64,000 nucleotides of DNA from Candidatus Multivorans sp. (GCA_965224025.1 OZ245033.1:3392001-3456000), one strand, 5' to 3'. Shown: positions 20,213-31,497, counted from the first letter of the stretch. Translations and numbers: made by a program. Notes: generated by a model not told the origin, from the letters alone.

Positions 20213-22351
20213 ATGGAAGCGCGCGACCCGATCACCAGTGCGCGCGGTGTGGGCCCCGTGTTGGGCCGCCGGTTGGCGGCCGCCGGTTGTCGGCGGATAG
20301 CGGACATGCTGGCTCACCTGCCCATCCGGTACGAGGACCGGCGCACGCTCGGACGCCTGCCCGGGCCGGGGAACGCCGGGCCGTCCGAGAACGCGCCGTG
20401 TCCGTTGACCGTAGTGGTGCGGCTGGAGAAGCTGAGGCGGGTGTTCGGCCGCGGCCGATTCTCGCGCGTGGAGGCGTTCGCGCACGACGGCGAGAACGGG
20501 GCCGGCGTGGTCTGGTTCAACCGGCCCTATCTGCTGAATCAACTGGAGGAGGGGGCGTCCTACCTGCTCCACGGCGTGCCCAGGCGTCGGGACGGGGACG
20601 GCGCCTGGGAACTGGCGAACCCGACCGTCGAGCGGGTGGGTGAGGAGCCGGTGGATGGAGGCGGCGTACGGCCGGTGTACGGCCGCATCGGAGACGTGCC
20701 GCCATCGCGGGTGGAGCGCCTGGTGGGCGGGGTCGTGTGCGACCTGGCGGAGTCCCGGGGCCCCAACTGGATCGACGAGTGGTTGCCCGGCGAGGAGTTG
20801 GCGCGGCACGGGCTGCCCAGCCTGGCCGAAGCCCTCGCCGAGGTTCATCGGCCAACGCCTCTGGCTTCGGTCGAAGAACTGAACGAGCGGCGCAGTCCGG
20901 CCCATGCCCGCCTCGCCTACGGCGAGTTCCTGCTCCAGCAGTTGCAGCTCGCCGCTGTTCGCAGGCAGCGCAGCCGGCAGGGGAAGCCGCACCGGTACCG
21001 GACCTGTGACGCGGTCTGGAGCGCGGCGCGGGATTTGCTGCCCTTCCAGTTGACCGGGGCCCAGGAACGGGTGCTGCGGGAGATCCTCGCCGATCTCTCG
21101 GGGCCGCGGCCGATGCTCCGCCTGGTGCAGGGCGATGTCGGCAGCGGCAAGACGGTCATCGCCGCCCTGGCCTTCGTGGCCGCGGCGCGGAGCGGTCTCC
21201 AGTCGGCCCTGATGGCGCCGACGGAGTTGCTCGCCGAGCAGCACTTCGCTTCCCTGGAGCGGTTGCTGGGATCACGCCTCACGCTGGCCCTCGTGACCTC
21301 CAGCCAGCGCGTCGCCAGCGACGGCGGCGGCGCGGTGCAGGAGCGGGTCGCCGCCGGCCGGATCGACCTCACCGTCGGCACTCACGCGTTGATCCAGGAG
21401 CGGACGCGCTTCGCGCGCCTGGGATTCGCCGTGATCGACGAGCAGCATCGTTTCGGCGTCGCACAGCGCCAGTCCCTGGCGGAGAAGGGGCTGCGGCCCG
21501 ACCTCCTGGTCATGACCGCGACGCCGATACCGAGGTCGCTGGCGTTGACCGTGTACGGTGACCTGGACGTGTCGATGCTCGACGAGATGCCGCCCGGCCG
21601 CGGTCCGATCGAGACCCGGGTGATGACCGGGGACCAGCGGGATCAGGCCGTGGCGCTGGTCCGCGAGCGGCTCCGGCGCGGCGGCCGGGCATACGTCGTC
21701 TTTCCCCTGATCGACGCCGGCGAGGGGGGCTTCGCGGCGTTGCCGTCTCTCGAGGAGTCGGGGGCCTGGTGGGCCGAGGCGCTCGGCGAGCCTCACGGTG
21801 TCGTCCACGGTCGCCTGGGGCGCGACGAGCGCGACGCGACGATGAGTCGCTTCTCGGAGGGCTCGATCCGGGTGCTGCTGGCGACGACGGTGATCGAGGT
21901 CGGCGTCGACGTACCGGAGGCGACCGCGATGGTGGTCCTCGGTGCGGAGCGGTTCGGACTGGCCCAACTGCACCAGCTTCGGGGCCGCATCGGCCGCGGA
22001 ACGGACCAGGCGCTCGGGGAGTCGATCTGCATCGCCGTCTGCGGCGGGTCGTCGGCCGAGGCACAGCGGCGGTTGGCTGTCTTCGAGGCATCGAACGACG
22101 GCTTCCTGATCGCGGAGGAAGATCTTCGTCAGCGCGGCCCCGGTGAGGTGCTCGGAACCCGTCAGGCCGGTCTGCCGCAGTTCCGCTTCGGAAATCCGGC
22201 CCGGGACTGGAAGTGGCTGGTGGCGGCGCGTGCGGACGCCGCGAGGCTTCTCGACCGGCTCGCGGAACCCGGGAACGAGCCGCTTCGACGGCAATTGGAG
22301 CGCCGGATTCCCGCGCTCGTAGCCCCGGCGCGAGGGACCGCCGAGCCGTGA
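20213..22351 (+). CDS. recG: ATP-dependent DNA helicase RecG
   Basis: QGDVGSGKT, DEQHRFG, MTATPIPRSL, AERFGLAQLHQLRGRIGRG. Confidence 0.98.
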   Translation: MEARDPITSARGVGPVLGRRLAAAGCRRIADMLAHLPIRYEDRRTLGRLPGPGNAGPSENAPCPLTVVVRLEKLRRVFGRGRFSRVEAFAHDGENGAGVVWFNRPYLLNQLEEGASYLLHGVPRRRDGDGAWELANPTVERVGEEPVDGGGVRPVYGRIGDVPPSRVERLVGGVVCDLAESRGPNWIDEWLPGEELARHGLPSLAEALAEVHRPTPLASVEELNERRSPAHARLAYGEFLLQQLQLAAVRRQRSRQGKPHRYRTCDAVWSAARDLLPFQLTGAQERVLREILADLSGPRPMLRLVQGDVGSGKTVIAALAFVAAARSGLQSALMAPTELLAEQHFASLERLLGSRLTLALVTSSQRVASDGGGAVQERVAAGRIDLTVGTHALIQERTRFARLGFAVIDEQHRFGVAQRQSLAEKGLRPDLLVMTATPIPRSLALTVYGDLDVSMLDEMPPGRGPIETRVMTGDQRDQAVALVRERLRRGGRAYVVFPLIDAGEGGFAALPSLEESGAWWAEALGEPHGVVHGRLGRDERDATMSRFSEGSIRVLLATTVIEVGVDVPEATAMVVLGAERFGLAQLHQLRGRIGRGTDQALGESICIAVCGGSSAEAQRRLAVFEASNDGFLIAEEDLRQRGPGEVLGTRQAGLPQFRFGNPARDWKWLVAARADAARLLDRLAEPGNEPLRRQLERRIPALVAPARGTAEP

Positions 22352-23547
22352 AGGTCCTCCTGGTCGCCAATGTCCTGCCGCCGCGGGATCTCTCCGGCGC
22401 CGGCGAACAGGTGCTGCAGCTCGCCTGGGGCCTGCGTGAGGCGGGCTGCGAAGTCGAGGTTCTCGGCCGCGACGGGTGCGGTCCGAAGGTCTCGAGAACC
22501 CTGTTCCCCTGGTACGCCCGGCGTGCCGTTGCGCGACGGGTCGGCGAGTGGCGGCCGGACGTGGTCCAGATGCACGAGAGCGACGGCGGTCTGGTGATCC
22601 GGGATCTTGCCCGGCAGGGCGGCGCCCACCGGCCCGTGCTTGCAGCCCTCCAGCAGGTGAGCTATGTCCGGGAGCGCCGGGCGGTCCGTCCGCTCGTCGA
22701 TGGCGACCGTGGCGCCGCGGTGGTTGCCCGCCCCGCGATGAGCGAGCGTGTCTTCCGCTCGCTGCGCACGCCTCTGCACATCGCGCTGGGCCGGATCACG
22801 GCCCGGTGCGCCGACGTACGCCTCGCCCCGAGCCGGGTCACCGCGAGGGAGATCGAACTCGACTACGGCGTCAACGGCGTTCAGGTGGTCCCCAACGTGA
22901 CGGGAGCGCCCCTGGACCACCAGGACGACCGCGACGCACCGGGTAGCCGGGGTGACGACGTCTCCGGGCAGGCGCCGTTCGTGCTCGCGGTCGGCCGGAT
23001 GCGGATCCGCAAGGGGTTCGAGATCCTCCTCCATGCTCTGGCGGCGGCCCGTGAACGGGGGCATCGGCCGCGGCTGATCGTCGCGGGCGACGGGGAGCGG
23101 CGTGAATCGCTCTCCGCGCTGGCGCGCAGCCTGCGGCTGGGAACGAGCGTACGGTTCGCGGGCCGCTGTTCGCGGTCGGAAGTCGCCCGGTTGCGGCAGC
23201 GGGCGACGGCCCTCGTCGTTCCCTCCACCTACGAAGGCATGCCGCTGGTGGTCCTCGAGGCGATGGGCGACGGGATCCCCGTCATCGCCTCTGCCGTCAG
23301 CGGCATTCCGGAGGTCGTCGTCGATGGGGAAACCGGCTGGCTGGTGCCGCCGGAACGTTCGAGCGCTCTCGCCGACGCGTTGATCGCGGCAGCGTCCGAC
23401 CCCGCTGAATCCCGTCGGCGCGGCGAGGCGGGACGGCGCCGGCTGGACCGGGGCTACCGGCCGCGGCACGCCGCGCAACACTGGTTGGAGGCACTGGAGC
23501 GAGTAGGTGGATCGCCGCCGCCGGTGTGGAAGAATCCAGACGGATGA
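22348..23547 (+). CDS. Glycosyltransferase family 4
   Basis: VGR..RKG, EGMPLVVLEAM, GIPEVV; GTGA overlap with recG. Confidence 0.92.
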   Translation: MKVLLVANVLPPRDLSGAGEQVLQLAWGLREAGCEVEVLGRDGCGPKVSRTLFPWYARRAVARRVGEWRPDVVQMHESDGGLVIRDLARQGGAHRPVLAALQQVSYVRERRAVRPLVDGDRGAAVVARPAMSERVFRSLRTPLHIALGRITARCADVRLAPSRVTAREIELDYGVNGVQVVPNVTGAPLDHQDDRDAPGSRGDDVSGQAPFVLAVGRMRIRKGFEILLHALAAARERGHRPRLIVAGDGERRESLSALARSLRLGTSVRFAGRCSRSEVARLRQRATALVVPSTYEGMPLVVLEAMGDGIPVIASAVSGIPEVVVDGETGWLVPPERSSALADALIAAASDPAESRRRGEAGRRRLDRGYRPRHAAQHWLEALERVGGSPPPVWKNPDG

Positions 23548-24347
23548 GTACAGGACCCGCCAGCTCCCGGGCGGCAACGAGTTTGCTGCCGGCCTCCTGG
23601 CGAGTCGAGTTACCGGAGTTCGAGGGTCCCCTCGATCTGTTGCTTCACCTGGTGCGAATCAACGAGATCGAGATCACGGACATTCCGGTTGCCCTGATCT
23701 GCGACCAGTTCCATGAGTATCTTGGCCTGATGGACGAACTGGATCTCGACATCGCCGCCGAGTACATCTACGAAGCGGCGCTCCTGATTCAGATCAAGGC
23801 CAGAGTCTTGCTGCCGCAACACGAACCCGCGCCGGGAGAAGAGCCGGAAGATCCGCGCCGGGAACTGATCGAGCGGTTGCTGGAGTACCAGCGGCTCAAG
23901 GAGGCGGCACAGACCCTGGCCGAAGTCGACGACCTGCGCCATGGGCTCTGGACCCGCGGCGCCAAGGAAACCGTAGGGCCGGGTGAGGACGACGACTTCG
24001 ACATGGGCGATCTGTCGCTGTTCGACCTGCTGCAGGTGCTGCGCGGTGTGCTGAAGCGCTATGACGAGGAGCACCCCGGTCCGCTGATCTACCAGGGCGA
24101 GACCTTCAGCGTCCGGGGCCAGATCGAGCGGCTCCTGGGACGCTTCGAGGGTGGGCGGTCGCTCGACCTGAAGGACGACCTGTTCGCTCTGTCGAGCCGG
24201 GCGGAAGCGATCGCGTGTTTCCTCGCCGTACTGGAGATGGCCCGGTTGAATCTGGTTCGGCTCCACGCGTCCGACGCCGGCGCCGTCTTCCTGTTCCGCA
24301 CCACGCGAGCGCTGGATCCGGTTCTGCTGGAGGATCTCACCGGATGA
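23544..24347 (+). CDS. scpA: Segregation and condensation protein A
   Basis: FEGPLDLLLHLV, DPRRELIERLLEY, FLAVLEM. Confidence 0.96.
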   Translation: MSTGPASSRAATSLLPASWRVELPEFEGPLDLLLHLVRINEIEITDIPVALICDQFHEYLGLMDELDLDIAAEYIYEAALLIQIKARVLLPQHEPAPGEEPEDPRRELIERLLEYQRLKEAAQTLAEVDDLRHGLWTRGAKETVGPGEDDDFDMGDLSLFDLLQVLRGVLKRYDEEHPGPLIYQGETFSVRGQIERLLGRFEGGRSLDLKDDLFALSSRAEAIACFLAVLEMARLNLVRLHASDAGAVFLFRTTRALDPVLLEDLTG

Positions 24348-24961
24348 CCGACACGGCCGAGATGGAGGCGGTGTTCGAGGCGCTGCTCTTCGCCAGCCCC
24401 GATCCTCAACCCGAGGAGAAGCTACTCGAAGTGTTCCCCGAACAGGATCGGGAACGCGCCGCTGGGGCGCTGGAGGCGGTTCTCGACCGCTACCGGGTTG
24501 ACGATGCGGACGGGCCGCCGAACCGCGGCGTCGTCCTGGACCGGGCCGGCGGCGGGTACCGTCTGGTCACGCGCTCCGACCTGCATCCGTACCTCCGCAG
24601 GTTCTTCGAGGTGGCGGGCCGCAGCAGGCTGTCCATGGCCGCGGTGGAAACGCTTGCGATCGTCGCCTACCGCCAGCCGGTCACGAGCCCGGAGATCCAG
24701 GAACTGCGGAGCAGGAACTCCTCGGGGGTGTTGAAGACGCTCCTCGAGCGCCGGTTGATCCGGATCTCCGGTCGCAAGGAAGTCGTCGGGAGTCCCTTCC
24801 TCTACGCCACGACGCGCGACTTTCTGCTGCACTTCGGTCTGCGCTCGCTCAGTGGGCTACCGCCGCTGGAGGAATTCGAAGAGACCTTCCTGGCCGCGGC
24901 CGAGGAAGAACCGTCCCAGAGCGCGATTGCCCTTGCGCCGGCGGAACCGATCGATGGCTGA
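24344..24961 (+). CDS. scpB: Segregation and condensation protein B
   Basis: EALLFAS, ETLAIVAYRQPVT, YATTRDFLLHFGL. Confidence 0.96.
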   Translation: MTDTAEMEAVFEALLFASPDPQPEEKLLEVFPEQDRERAAGALEAVLDRYRVDDADGPPNRGVVLDRAGGGYRLVTRSDLHPYLRRFFEVAGRSRLSMAAVETLAIVAYRQPVTSPEIQELRSRNSSGVLKTLLERRLIRISGRKEVVGSPFLYATTRDFLLHFGLRSLSGLPPLEEFEETFLAAAEEEPSQSAIALAPAEPIDG

Positions 24962-25769
24962 GGAGCTCAGGGGGGAGCGGCTACAGAAGATCCTCTCCCG
25001 TGCCGGAATTTCCTCACGGCGGGCCGCGGAGGATCTGATCCGCGCAGGCCGGGTCACGATCGGCGACCGGGTCGCGGTGCTCGGCGATCGAGTGGAGCAG
25101 CGGGGAAGGGGAACTGAGACGGTGCGAGTCGACGGCGAGCCCATCGCGCAGACCGCCTCCGCGCTCTACGTCCTGCTGAACAAGCCGGCCGGCCACGTCA
25201 CGACCCGCAGCGACCCGGAAGGGCGCCCCACGGTCATGGACCTCCTCCCCGAGAGGTGGCGCGGACGGCTCAAGCCCGTCGGACGGCTCGACTACCGGAC
25301 CGAAGGTCTGCTCCTCTTCACCGACGACGGCGATCTCGCCAACCGCCTGACCCATCCCCGCTTCGGATGCTCCAAGCGGTATCTTCTGAAGGTCCGGGGT
25401 TTTCCCGGCAAGGCGGCGGTCGAGCGACTCGGGCGGGGCATGTTCATCGCGGGCCGGCGAACGGCGCCGGTGACGCCGCGCCAGGTGCGAACACGACGGG
25501 GAGGCAGGACCGCACGGTCGTCGAGTTGGTGGGAGATGGAACTGCGTGAGGGGAGGACCCGGCAGATCCGGGAGATGTTCTTCCGCGTCGGACACCCGGT
25601 GCAGCGACTGCGCCGGGTGGCGATCGGCCGTCTCGAGGATGCCGGGCTCCGGTCGGGGAGCTGGCGCGAACTCTCGCCCGGAGAAGTGGCGACCCTGCGG
25701 GCCGGTTCGGGGCCGGTCTCGGGAAAGCGCTCCAGCGGCGGCCGTCGGCGGGGACCGCGGCGCCGGTGA
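24954..25769 (+). CDS. rluB: Pseudouridine synthase, RsuA/RluB family
   Basis: ERLQKILSRAGISSRR, VGRLDYRTEGLL, EGRTRQIR. Confidence 0.9.
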   Translation: MAEELRGERLQKILSRAGISSRRAAEDLIRAGRVTIGDRVAVLGDRVEQRGRGTETVRVDGEPIAQTASALYVLLNKPAGHVTTRSDPEGRPTVMDLLPERWRGRLKPVGRLDYRTEGLLLFTDDGDLANRLTHPRFGCSKRYLLKVRGFPGKAAVERLGRGMFIAGRRTAPVTPRQVRTRRGGRTARSSSWWEMELREGRTRQIREMFFRVGHPVQRLRRVAIGRLEDAGLRSGSWRELSPGEVATLRAGSGPVSGKRSSGGRRRGPRRR

Positions 25770-26428
25770 CGATCGTCGCCATCGACGGCCCGGCCGGCGT
25801 CGGCAAGAGCACCGTGGCCCGGAGGGTCGCGGCGAAACTCGGCGTTCCCTATCTCGATACGGGCGCCATGTACCGAGCGGTCGCGTGGAAGGCGCTGGAG
25901 GTCGGTCTTGACCCGGCCGAGGAGTCGGCAATGGAGAAGCTGATCGGAAGCATCGGGTTCGAGTTGCGCATCCGGGTAGCCGAGGCGGAGGTGGTCGTCG
26001 ACGGCTTCGTTCCCGGGCCGCGGCTTCGGACCCCCCGGGTCGATGCGGCGACCTCACGGGTCGCTGTTCATCCCCAGGTGCGTTCCTGGCTGGTCGCCAA
26101 GCAGCGGGAGTTCGCGGCCAGGGAGGGCGCGGTGGTCGAGGGCCGCGACATCGGCACGGTCGTGTTTCCCCGGACCAGGCACAAGTTCTTTCTCCACGCG
26201 CCGCTCGAAGTCCGGACGGAGCGACGCCTGCGCCAGCTTGGCGGCGAGGATGCCGGCGACCGCGAGCGACTCAGGCAGGAGATTGAGGCCCGGGACGAGC
26301 GCGACACCCGGCGCAGCGCCTCGCCGCTGCGGCGCGATGAAAGCTACGAAATGATCGACGCTTCGACCGGTGCGGCCGATCGGATCGTGGCCCGGATTCT
26401 CCGGTCGGTGCGGGCGACGGAGGCGTAG
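25766..26428 (+). CDS. cmk: Cytidylate kinase
   Basis: IDGPAGVGKST, DTGAMYRA, EGRDIGTVVFP. Confidence 0.98.
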   Translation: MTIVAIDGPAGVGKSTVARRVAAKLGVPYLDTGAMYRAVAWKALEVGLDPAEESAMEKLIGSIGFELRIRVAEAEVVVDGFVPGPRLRTPRVDAATSRVAVHPQVRSWLVAKQREFAAREGAVVEGRDIGTVVFPRTRHKFFLHAPLEVRTERRLRQLGGEDAGDRERLRQEIEARDERDTRRSASPLRRDESYEMIDASTGAADRIVARILRSVRATEA

Positions 26429-26478
26429 AATCCCCTTTGATGAGTGGGGTTCACAGCGGGTTCGGCAGCGACTGACGG

Positions 26479-29400
26479 ATGGCGGCCTCCGCGGACGAGC
26501 GCGGCGGGGGGACTGCCGAGCTTCGCATCATCTTCGGCCTGTTCGCGCTGGCCGCGATCCTGTTGGCCGTCGAACGATGGCCGCGGAGCGACGAGCCGCC
26601 GCTTCCGACTCGGGGGCAGACCGCCGCGATGGAAACGGCCTACCAGGAACTGCTGCTGGATCTGCTGGCGGATGCCGAACGCGCGGCGGAGGGTGTCCGC
26701 CGGACCGGGACGCTCCCGCTCGACTCGGCGGAGGCCAGACAGAGCGTCTTCGAGGAGTTGGATCGGGCCAGCCGCGAAGGCGGCCGCACCCTGGTCCTGG
26801 TCGATCCCGACGGACTGGCGCGGGCCTGGGGCGGCTCAGGGCTGAGGCACGATCTTCCCCTCGATCGCCTCCTGCCGGGAGGGATCAACCAGACGGCCGG
26901 CTTCACGGCAGTTTCGTTGTACGCGGCTGTCGACATGAGCACGGGTGAGGGCGGCTGGCGGCTGGTTGTCGGCAGCAGCTTTCCGACCGACACGTTGCCG
27001 GTCCGAACACCGTTCGGACTGCGGCGTCACGGCGTCAGGTGGTCCGTGCGGGACCACTCCGCGGAACCTCTGGCGCCGGCCCTGGAGGCGAACGGTATTC
27101 GCGAACTCGCGCCGCCGGACGGCGTTCCGGGGCCCTGGTTGCGTCTGCGATTCGAGCCTGCCTCCGAGCGAAAGCCAAGAGCCGCCGGCTCGCTCGCCCT
27201 GGCGGCGCTTGCCCTCGGTGTCGGCTTGTCGCTGGTCTGGGCCTTCCGCCGCTGGACCAGTGGGGCGCCGAAGAGGCCGCGGGCCGCGGCGGCGGCGCTT
27301 GGCCTGATCGGGATCTGCTCGGCAGTGGGCTACGGCCTCTATCGGTGGCGGATCTGGGCGGTCGACGCGGCGGGAGCGCCGGCGGATCTGGGTGTTTCGT
27401 TCGGAGGTCCGGTCGGACATTGGGTGGTTCTGCTGACCAGTTGGGTTCTGCTCGCCGGGACCGCGCTCTGGGCCGCGGGTTGGCCGGACGGTCGGGACTG
27501 GATGCACGTTCTGCTGACCGCTGCCGCGGCGGCTGTCGGAGTCGGCCTGCTTGCCGAAGCTACGCACACGCCCGCACTGCGTGCGTTGCTGGCCGAAGGA
27601 GTTCGCGGCGGTCTCGATGCTCCGAGTCCCGGGGAAGTCGCCGCACTGGCGGCGAGAACGAGTTCCTTCGTGGCGGCGAGCGATCTGAGGGACCTGGCGC
27701 TGGGCGATCCGAACGAGCTCGACGATCACCAGGATCTGGCCCTGGAGCTCTGGCGCCGATCGCCCCTGGCCGCTTCCGAGACGTTCTCGGCCCTCGCCGT
27801 GATCCGGGAGGACGAGATTTCGATTTTCTCCTACGGCTTGCCGGTGGACGCGGCGACCGGCGACCTCGCGGTTGAAAGCGCGCGCTGGCCACGCGGCGAC
27901 CTGCCGGTCTGGCAGCAGCAGCGCAGCGCGTCGGGTGAGGTCACGGCGGTCTCCGCCGGACAGGACTGGGGTGCGGTCCGCTACTGGACAGTGGCGTTTC
28001 CGCGACTCGATGTCTGGAGCAGCGTCACTTCGGGAACTGGCGCAGAACTCGAACTGCGCCTGCTTAGGGGTGGCCCGGGCCGAAGTCGGAGCGGCTCGAA
28101 TCCGCCGGGGAAGGCGCTCATTGCCTATGTCGACGGCGCGGGACGACCGCTCGTCTCGCGGTGGCAGGAGGACTGGCTGCTGCCGGCGCCTTCGGAGGCC
28201 GTGGATCCGCGGCGGGCGATGCGCGTCGAGACACCGGCGGGACCCGCCTTGGCCTGGTTCAACCCCAGCACCCTCGAAGGCCTCTGGGTTGTCGCGCTGC
28301 TGCCCGAGCAGGCCGTGGCGGAGCGCCTGTGGCGCATAGCGACGGTCGCCGCGCGGCTGGTGCTGGCCGTGTCTGCCGTGGCGTTCGCCGTGCTCCTGAT
28401 CGGCCTGCCGACGGCGAAACTGCGTGGGAGCCTCCTGCCCGATGTCCGGCGCTACTCGGTCCGGCTTACGGCGGTGCTGGCTCTGATCGCGATCGTGCCG
28501 CTGACGCTGCTCAACGGGTTGCTCTTTCGCAATCTGGGCGCCCGGATGCAGGCCGAGCAGGAAGTAGCCGGCCGTACCGCCCTCGTGTCGCTCGAGTACG
28601 TTCTGACGGACTTTCTTCTTGGATTGGAGGCGGGATTCTCGATGGACGCCCAGTTGGACCATGAACTCCTGGCCTGGCTGGCGGAAGTCGTGGGACACGA
28701 AGTGAACCTGTATTGGCGAGGCGGCGTCTATGCGTCGAGCAAGCCGGACCTCTTCACCGCCGGATTGATGCCCAAGCGCATTCCGGGAAACGTGTACGGC
28801 AGGTTGGCCCTGCTCGGCCACCCGACCGCCGCCCGCGTTCAGACGGCGGGCCGGGGCGCGTCCTACCTCGAGCTGTACACGCCGGTGTCCCTGGGAGAGG
28901 AGCGTCCGGGGCAATCGGGTCTGTTCGTGTCGGTGCCGCTGCTGGCGCAACAGGAGGCGGCCACCCGCGAACTCGCCGCCCTGAGGCGGCAGGCCCTGGT
29001 CATCACCACGGCGCTGGTGCTGTTGCTGGTCACCGTCGGTGCTCGGCTCGCGCGGGGATTCACCCGTCCGCTTATGCGCATGATCGACGGCGCCGGCCGG
29101 ATCGCCGGCGGCGCGGCCTCACTCGGCTTTGAGCCGCAGGAGACGGAGCTGAAGACGCTTGCCGGCGCCATCGACGGCATGGCGGCGCGGATCGCCGCGA
29201 ACCGCGCCCGGGAGGAGGCGGCACAGCGGCTGGAGGCCTGGGCTGAGATGGCGCGGCTGATCGCGCACGAAGTGAAGAACCCGCTGACCCCGATCCGCCT
29301 CTCGACCGAGCACCTGCGGCAGGTGTGGCGGGATGCCCCGGAGCGGCTGGAAGAGATCTTCGAGCGCTGCACCGACAACATCCTGGTTCAGGTTGACGAA

Positions 29401-29913
29401 CTGGCGCACACGGCGGGCGAGTTTTCGACCTACAGCAGGATTCCCCTGGCCCGATTGGCGCCCGGGGACCTGGCCGCGGCGGTTCGCGATGTGGTGGACG
29501 GCTATCGCCACCCGCCGCCGGACGGCGTCAACGTGGTTTTCGAGTCGGAAGTGGACGCGCAGGCGGCGCGGTCTTCCTTCGATCGGCGCCTAGTGCAGCG
29601 TGCGGTTCGCAACCTGCTCGAGAACGCCCTCCGCGCAAGCGAAAGCGGAGGCGAGGTTCGGGTCACGGTGGCGCCGGCCGACGCCGGCGGCGCCCTCGGC
29701 GTCACCGTGCATGACAGGGGCCGGGGGGTCTCGGACGCCGACCTGGAACGCATCTTCGAGCCCTACTTCTCGACCTCGAGCGGCGGTACGGGCCTGGGCC
29801 TTCCGATCGCCCGGCGCATCGTGGAGGAACACGGCGGCACGATCACGGCCGTGAGGAGAGCCGAGGGAGGACTCTCGGTGCGAATCGTCCTGCCCGTCGA
29901 TCAGGCTGGCTAG
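26479..29913 (+). CDS. Large multi-TM sensor histidine kinase (NtrY-like H-box)
   Basis: HAMP; WAEMARLIAHEVKNPLTPI; NLLENA, DRGRG, GTGLGL. Confidence 0.92.
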   Translation: MAASADERGGGTAELRIIFGLFALAAILLAVERWPRSDEPPLPTRGQTAAMETAYQELLLDLLADAERAAEGVRRTGTLPLDSAEARQSVFEELDRASREGGRTLVLVDPDGLARAWGGSGLRHDLPLDRLLPGGINQTAGFTAVSLYAAVDMSTGEGGWRLVVGSSFPTDTLPVRTPFGLRRHGVRWSVRDHSAEPLAPALEANGIRELAPPDGVPGPWLRLRFEPASERKPRAAGSLALAALALGVGLSLVWAFRRWTSGAPKRPRAAAAALGLIGICSAVGYGLYRWRIWAVDAAGAPADLGVSFGGPVGHWVVLLTSWVLLAGTALWAAGWPDGRDWMHVLLTAAAAAVGVGLLAEATHTPALRALLAEGVRGGLDAPSPGEVAALAARTSSFVAASDLRDLALGDPNELDDHQDLALELWRRSPLAASETFSALAVIREDEISIFSYGLPVDAATGDLAVESARWPRGDLPVWQQQRSASGEVTAVSAGQDWGAVRYWTVAFPRLDVWSSVTSGTGAELELRLLRGGPGRSRSGSNPPGKALIAYVDGAGRPLVSRWQEDWLLPAPSEAVDPRRAMRVETPAGPALAWFNPSTLEGLWVVALLPEQAVAERLWRIATVAARLVLAVSAVAFAVLLIGLPTAKLRGSLLPDVRRYSVRLTAVLALIAIVPLTLLNGLLFRNLGARMQAEQEVAGRTALVSLEYVLTDFLLGLEAGFSMDAQLDHELLAWLAEVVGHEVNLYWRGGVYASSKPDLFTAGLMPKRIPGNVYGRLALLGHPTAARVQTAGRGASYLELYTPVSLGEERPGQSGLFVSVPLLAQQEAATRELAALRRQALVITTALVLLLVTVGARLARGFTRPLMRMIDGAGRIAGGAASLGFEPQETELKTLAGAIDGMAARIAANRAREEAAQRLEAWAEMARLIAHEVKNPLTPIRLSTEHLRQVWRDAPERLEEIFERCTDNILVQVDELAHTAGEFSTYSRIPLARLAPGDLAAAVRDVVDGYRHPPPDGVNVVFESEVDAQAARSSFDRRLVQRAVRNLLENALRASESGGEVRVTVAPADAGGALGVTVHDRGRGVSDADLERIFEPYFSTSSGGTGLGLPIARRIVEEHGGTITAVRRAEGGLSVRIVLPVDQAG

Positions 29914-29915
29914 CG

Positions 29916-31497
29916 CTAGTCGTCGCGCAGCGGCGGTTCCAACTGAATCGTCTGGGTGGGGAAGGCGATCCGGACGCCGAGACGGTCCGCGAGGCGCAGG
30001 ATGTCCAAGGCCAGATCGTGGCGGCGCCGCAGCTCGGTGCTCCAGTCCGGCGCCAGGAAGAAGACGTAGAGCATGATCTCGAGGGCGTGGGGGCCGAACT
30101 CGTTCAGGTGGATCTCGAACGCGTCCTGCCGCATCGATTCGTTGTCGCGCACGAGCTGCCGGATGCCCTCGCAGAACGCATCGACGCTGGCCGGCGGCGT
30201 GTCGTAGGTGATCTGGATACGGGTGCTCCAGCGCCGGAAGCGTCTGGCGCCGTAGTTGTCGACCGAGGCGTCGATCAGGCGGGCGTTGGGCAGGGTGATC
30301 AGGGAGGCGTAAAACGTGCGGACGCGGGTGCTCCGGAAGCCGACCTCTTCGACCACCCCCTCGACATCGCCGATCTTGATCCAGTCGCCGACCCGGAACG
30401 GCCGGTCGAGGAGCACCGTGATCGAGCCGAAGAGGTTCTTCAGCAGGTCCTGCGCCGCGAGCGCTATCGCCAACCCACTCAGGCCCAGGCCGGCGAGGAG
30501 CGCGGTCACGTCTCCGCCCAGCCGGGCGATCAGGAACACGGCGCCGAAGATGGCGGCTGCCAGCTTCAGGGTCTTCGTGACGAACGGAACCAACTGGTCC
30601 TGGAACCGATTCTCGCTCCTGGCGGCGCGGGCCCGCAGCGCCGTCCCCAGAAGGTCGATCTGGGCGAAAGCGGCCCGGCCCAAGGCGAGCAGCAGAAGCA
30701 CGAGGAGAGTCGTATCGAGCCAGGCGTCGACCTGTGGCGGCAGACCCAACCACTGGATTCCCAGCCACCACGCCGCGGCCAGACCCAGCAGTCCGGTTGG
30801 CCGCAGAATGCGGCGCGCTCCAGACAGGTCGAGGTTCTCGTAGCGGCCGCTCAGAGGTTTCGCGAGCAGGCCGTAGGCGGTCCAGACGACGATCCGGTCG
30901 ATCAGGAGACCGAGCAGGAGCAGGAGCGGCAGGGCCAACCACTGCCAAGGGTAGAGGATGAAGCCGCCGCTCTTGAGGGACTCCGGGATACGGTCCCGAA
31001 GCCACATGGCGGCGGTGACCGGCGCTTCCTCGACGCCTTCGACCACGGTGCGTTCACGCACTTCCTGGTACAGGGCCCCAATTGCGGCGACCGTTGCCCG
31101 GTTGAACAGCCAGCGGCCGTCGCCGTCCGGCGCCAGGACGATCGGCGCCGACAGTTCGTCGCTGAACACCCAACGTTCGAGGTCGCCGTCTACCGGGATG
31201 GCGTCGAACTTCACGAGCTCGAGCCGGTCGATCACGTGCTTGAGTTCGTTCGCCAGGTTCCGGCCCTGCCGGGCGCGGACGGGGAAGGGAAGGTCGCCGA
31301 GGTCCAGGCAGGCTGCCGCGGCATCCAGATCCGGGCGGCCGTCCTCGGTTGCGAACGCCTCGAGGAAGACGCGCATCGTCTCGCGCGGACTCTCAAGCGG
31401 CGCGTCGGCGGCGGGCTGCGCGAACGCGAACCAGGCCGCCGCCAGCAGCGCGCCGGCGGCGACCAGGGAGATCCTGCGGAGGAAGGAGACGTTCATG
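29916..31497 (-). CDS. MscS-family mechanosensitive channel with periplasmic N-terminal domain
   Basis: ALAAQDLLKNLFG, DRPFRVGDWI, VEEVGFRSTRVRT, IAFPTQTI; start 31497 or 31517. Confidence 0.93.
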
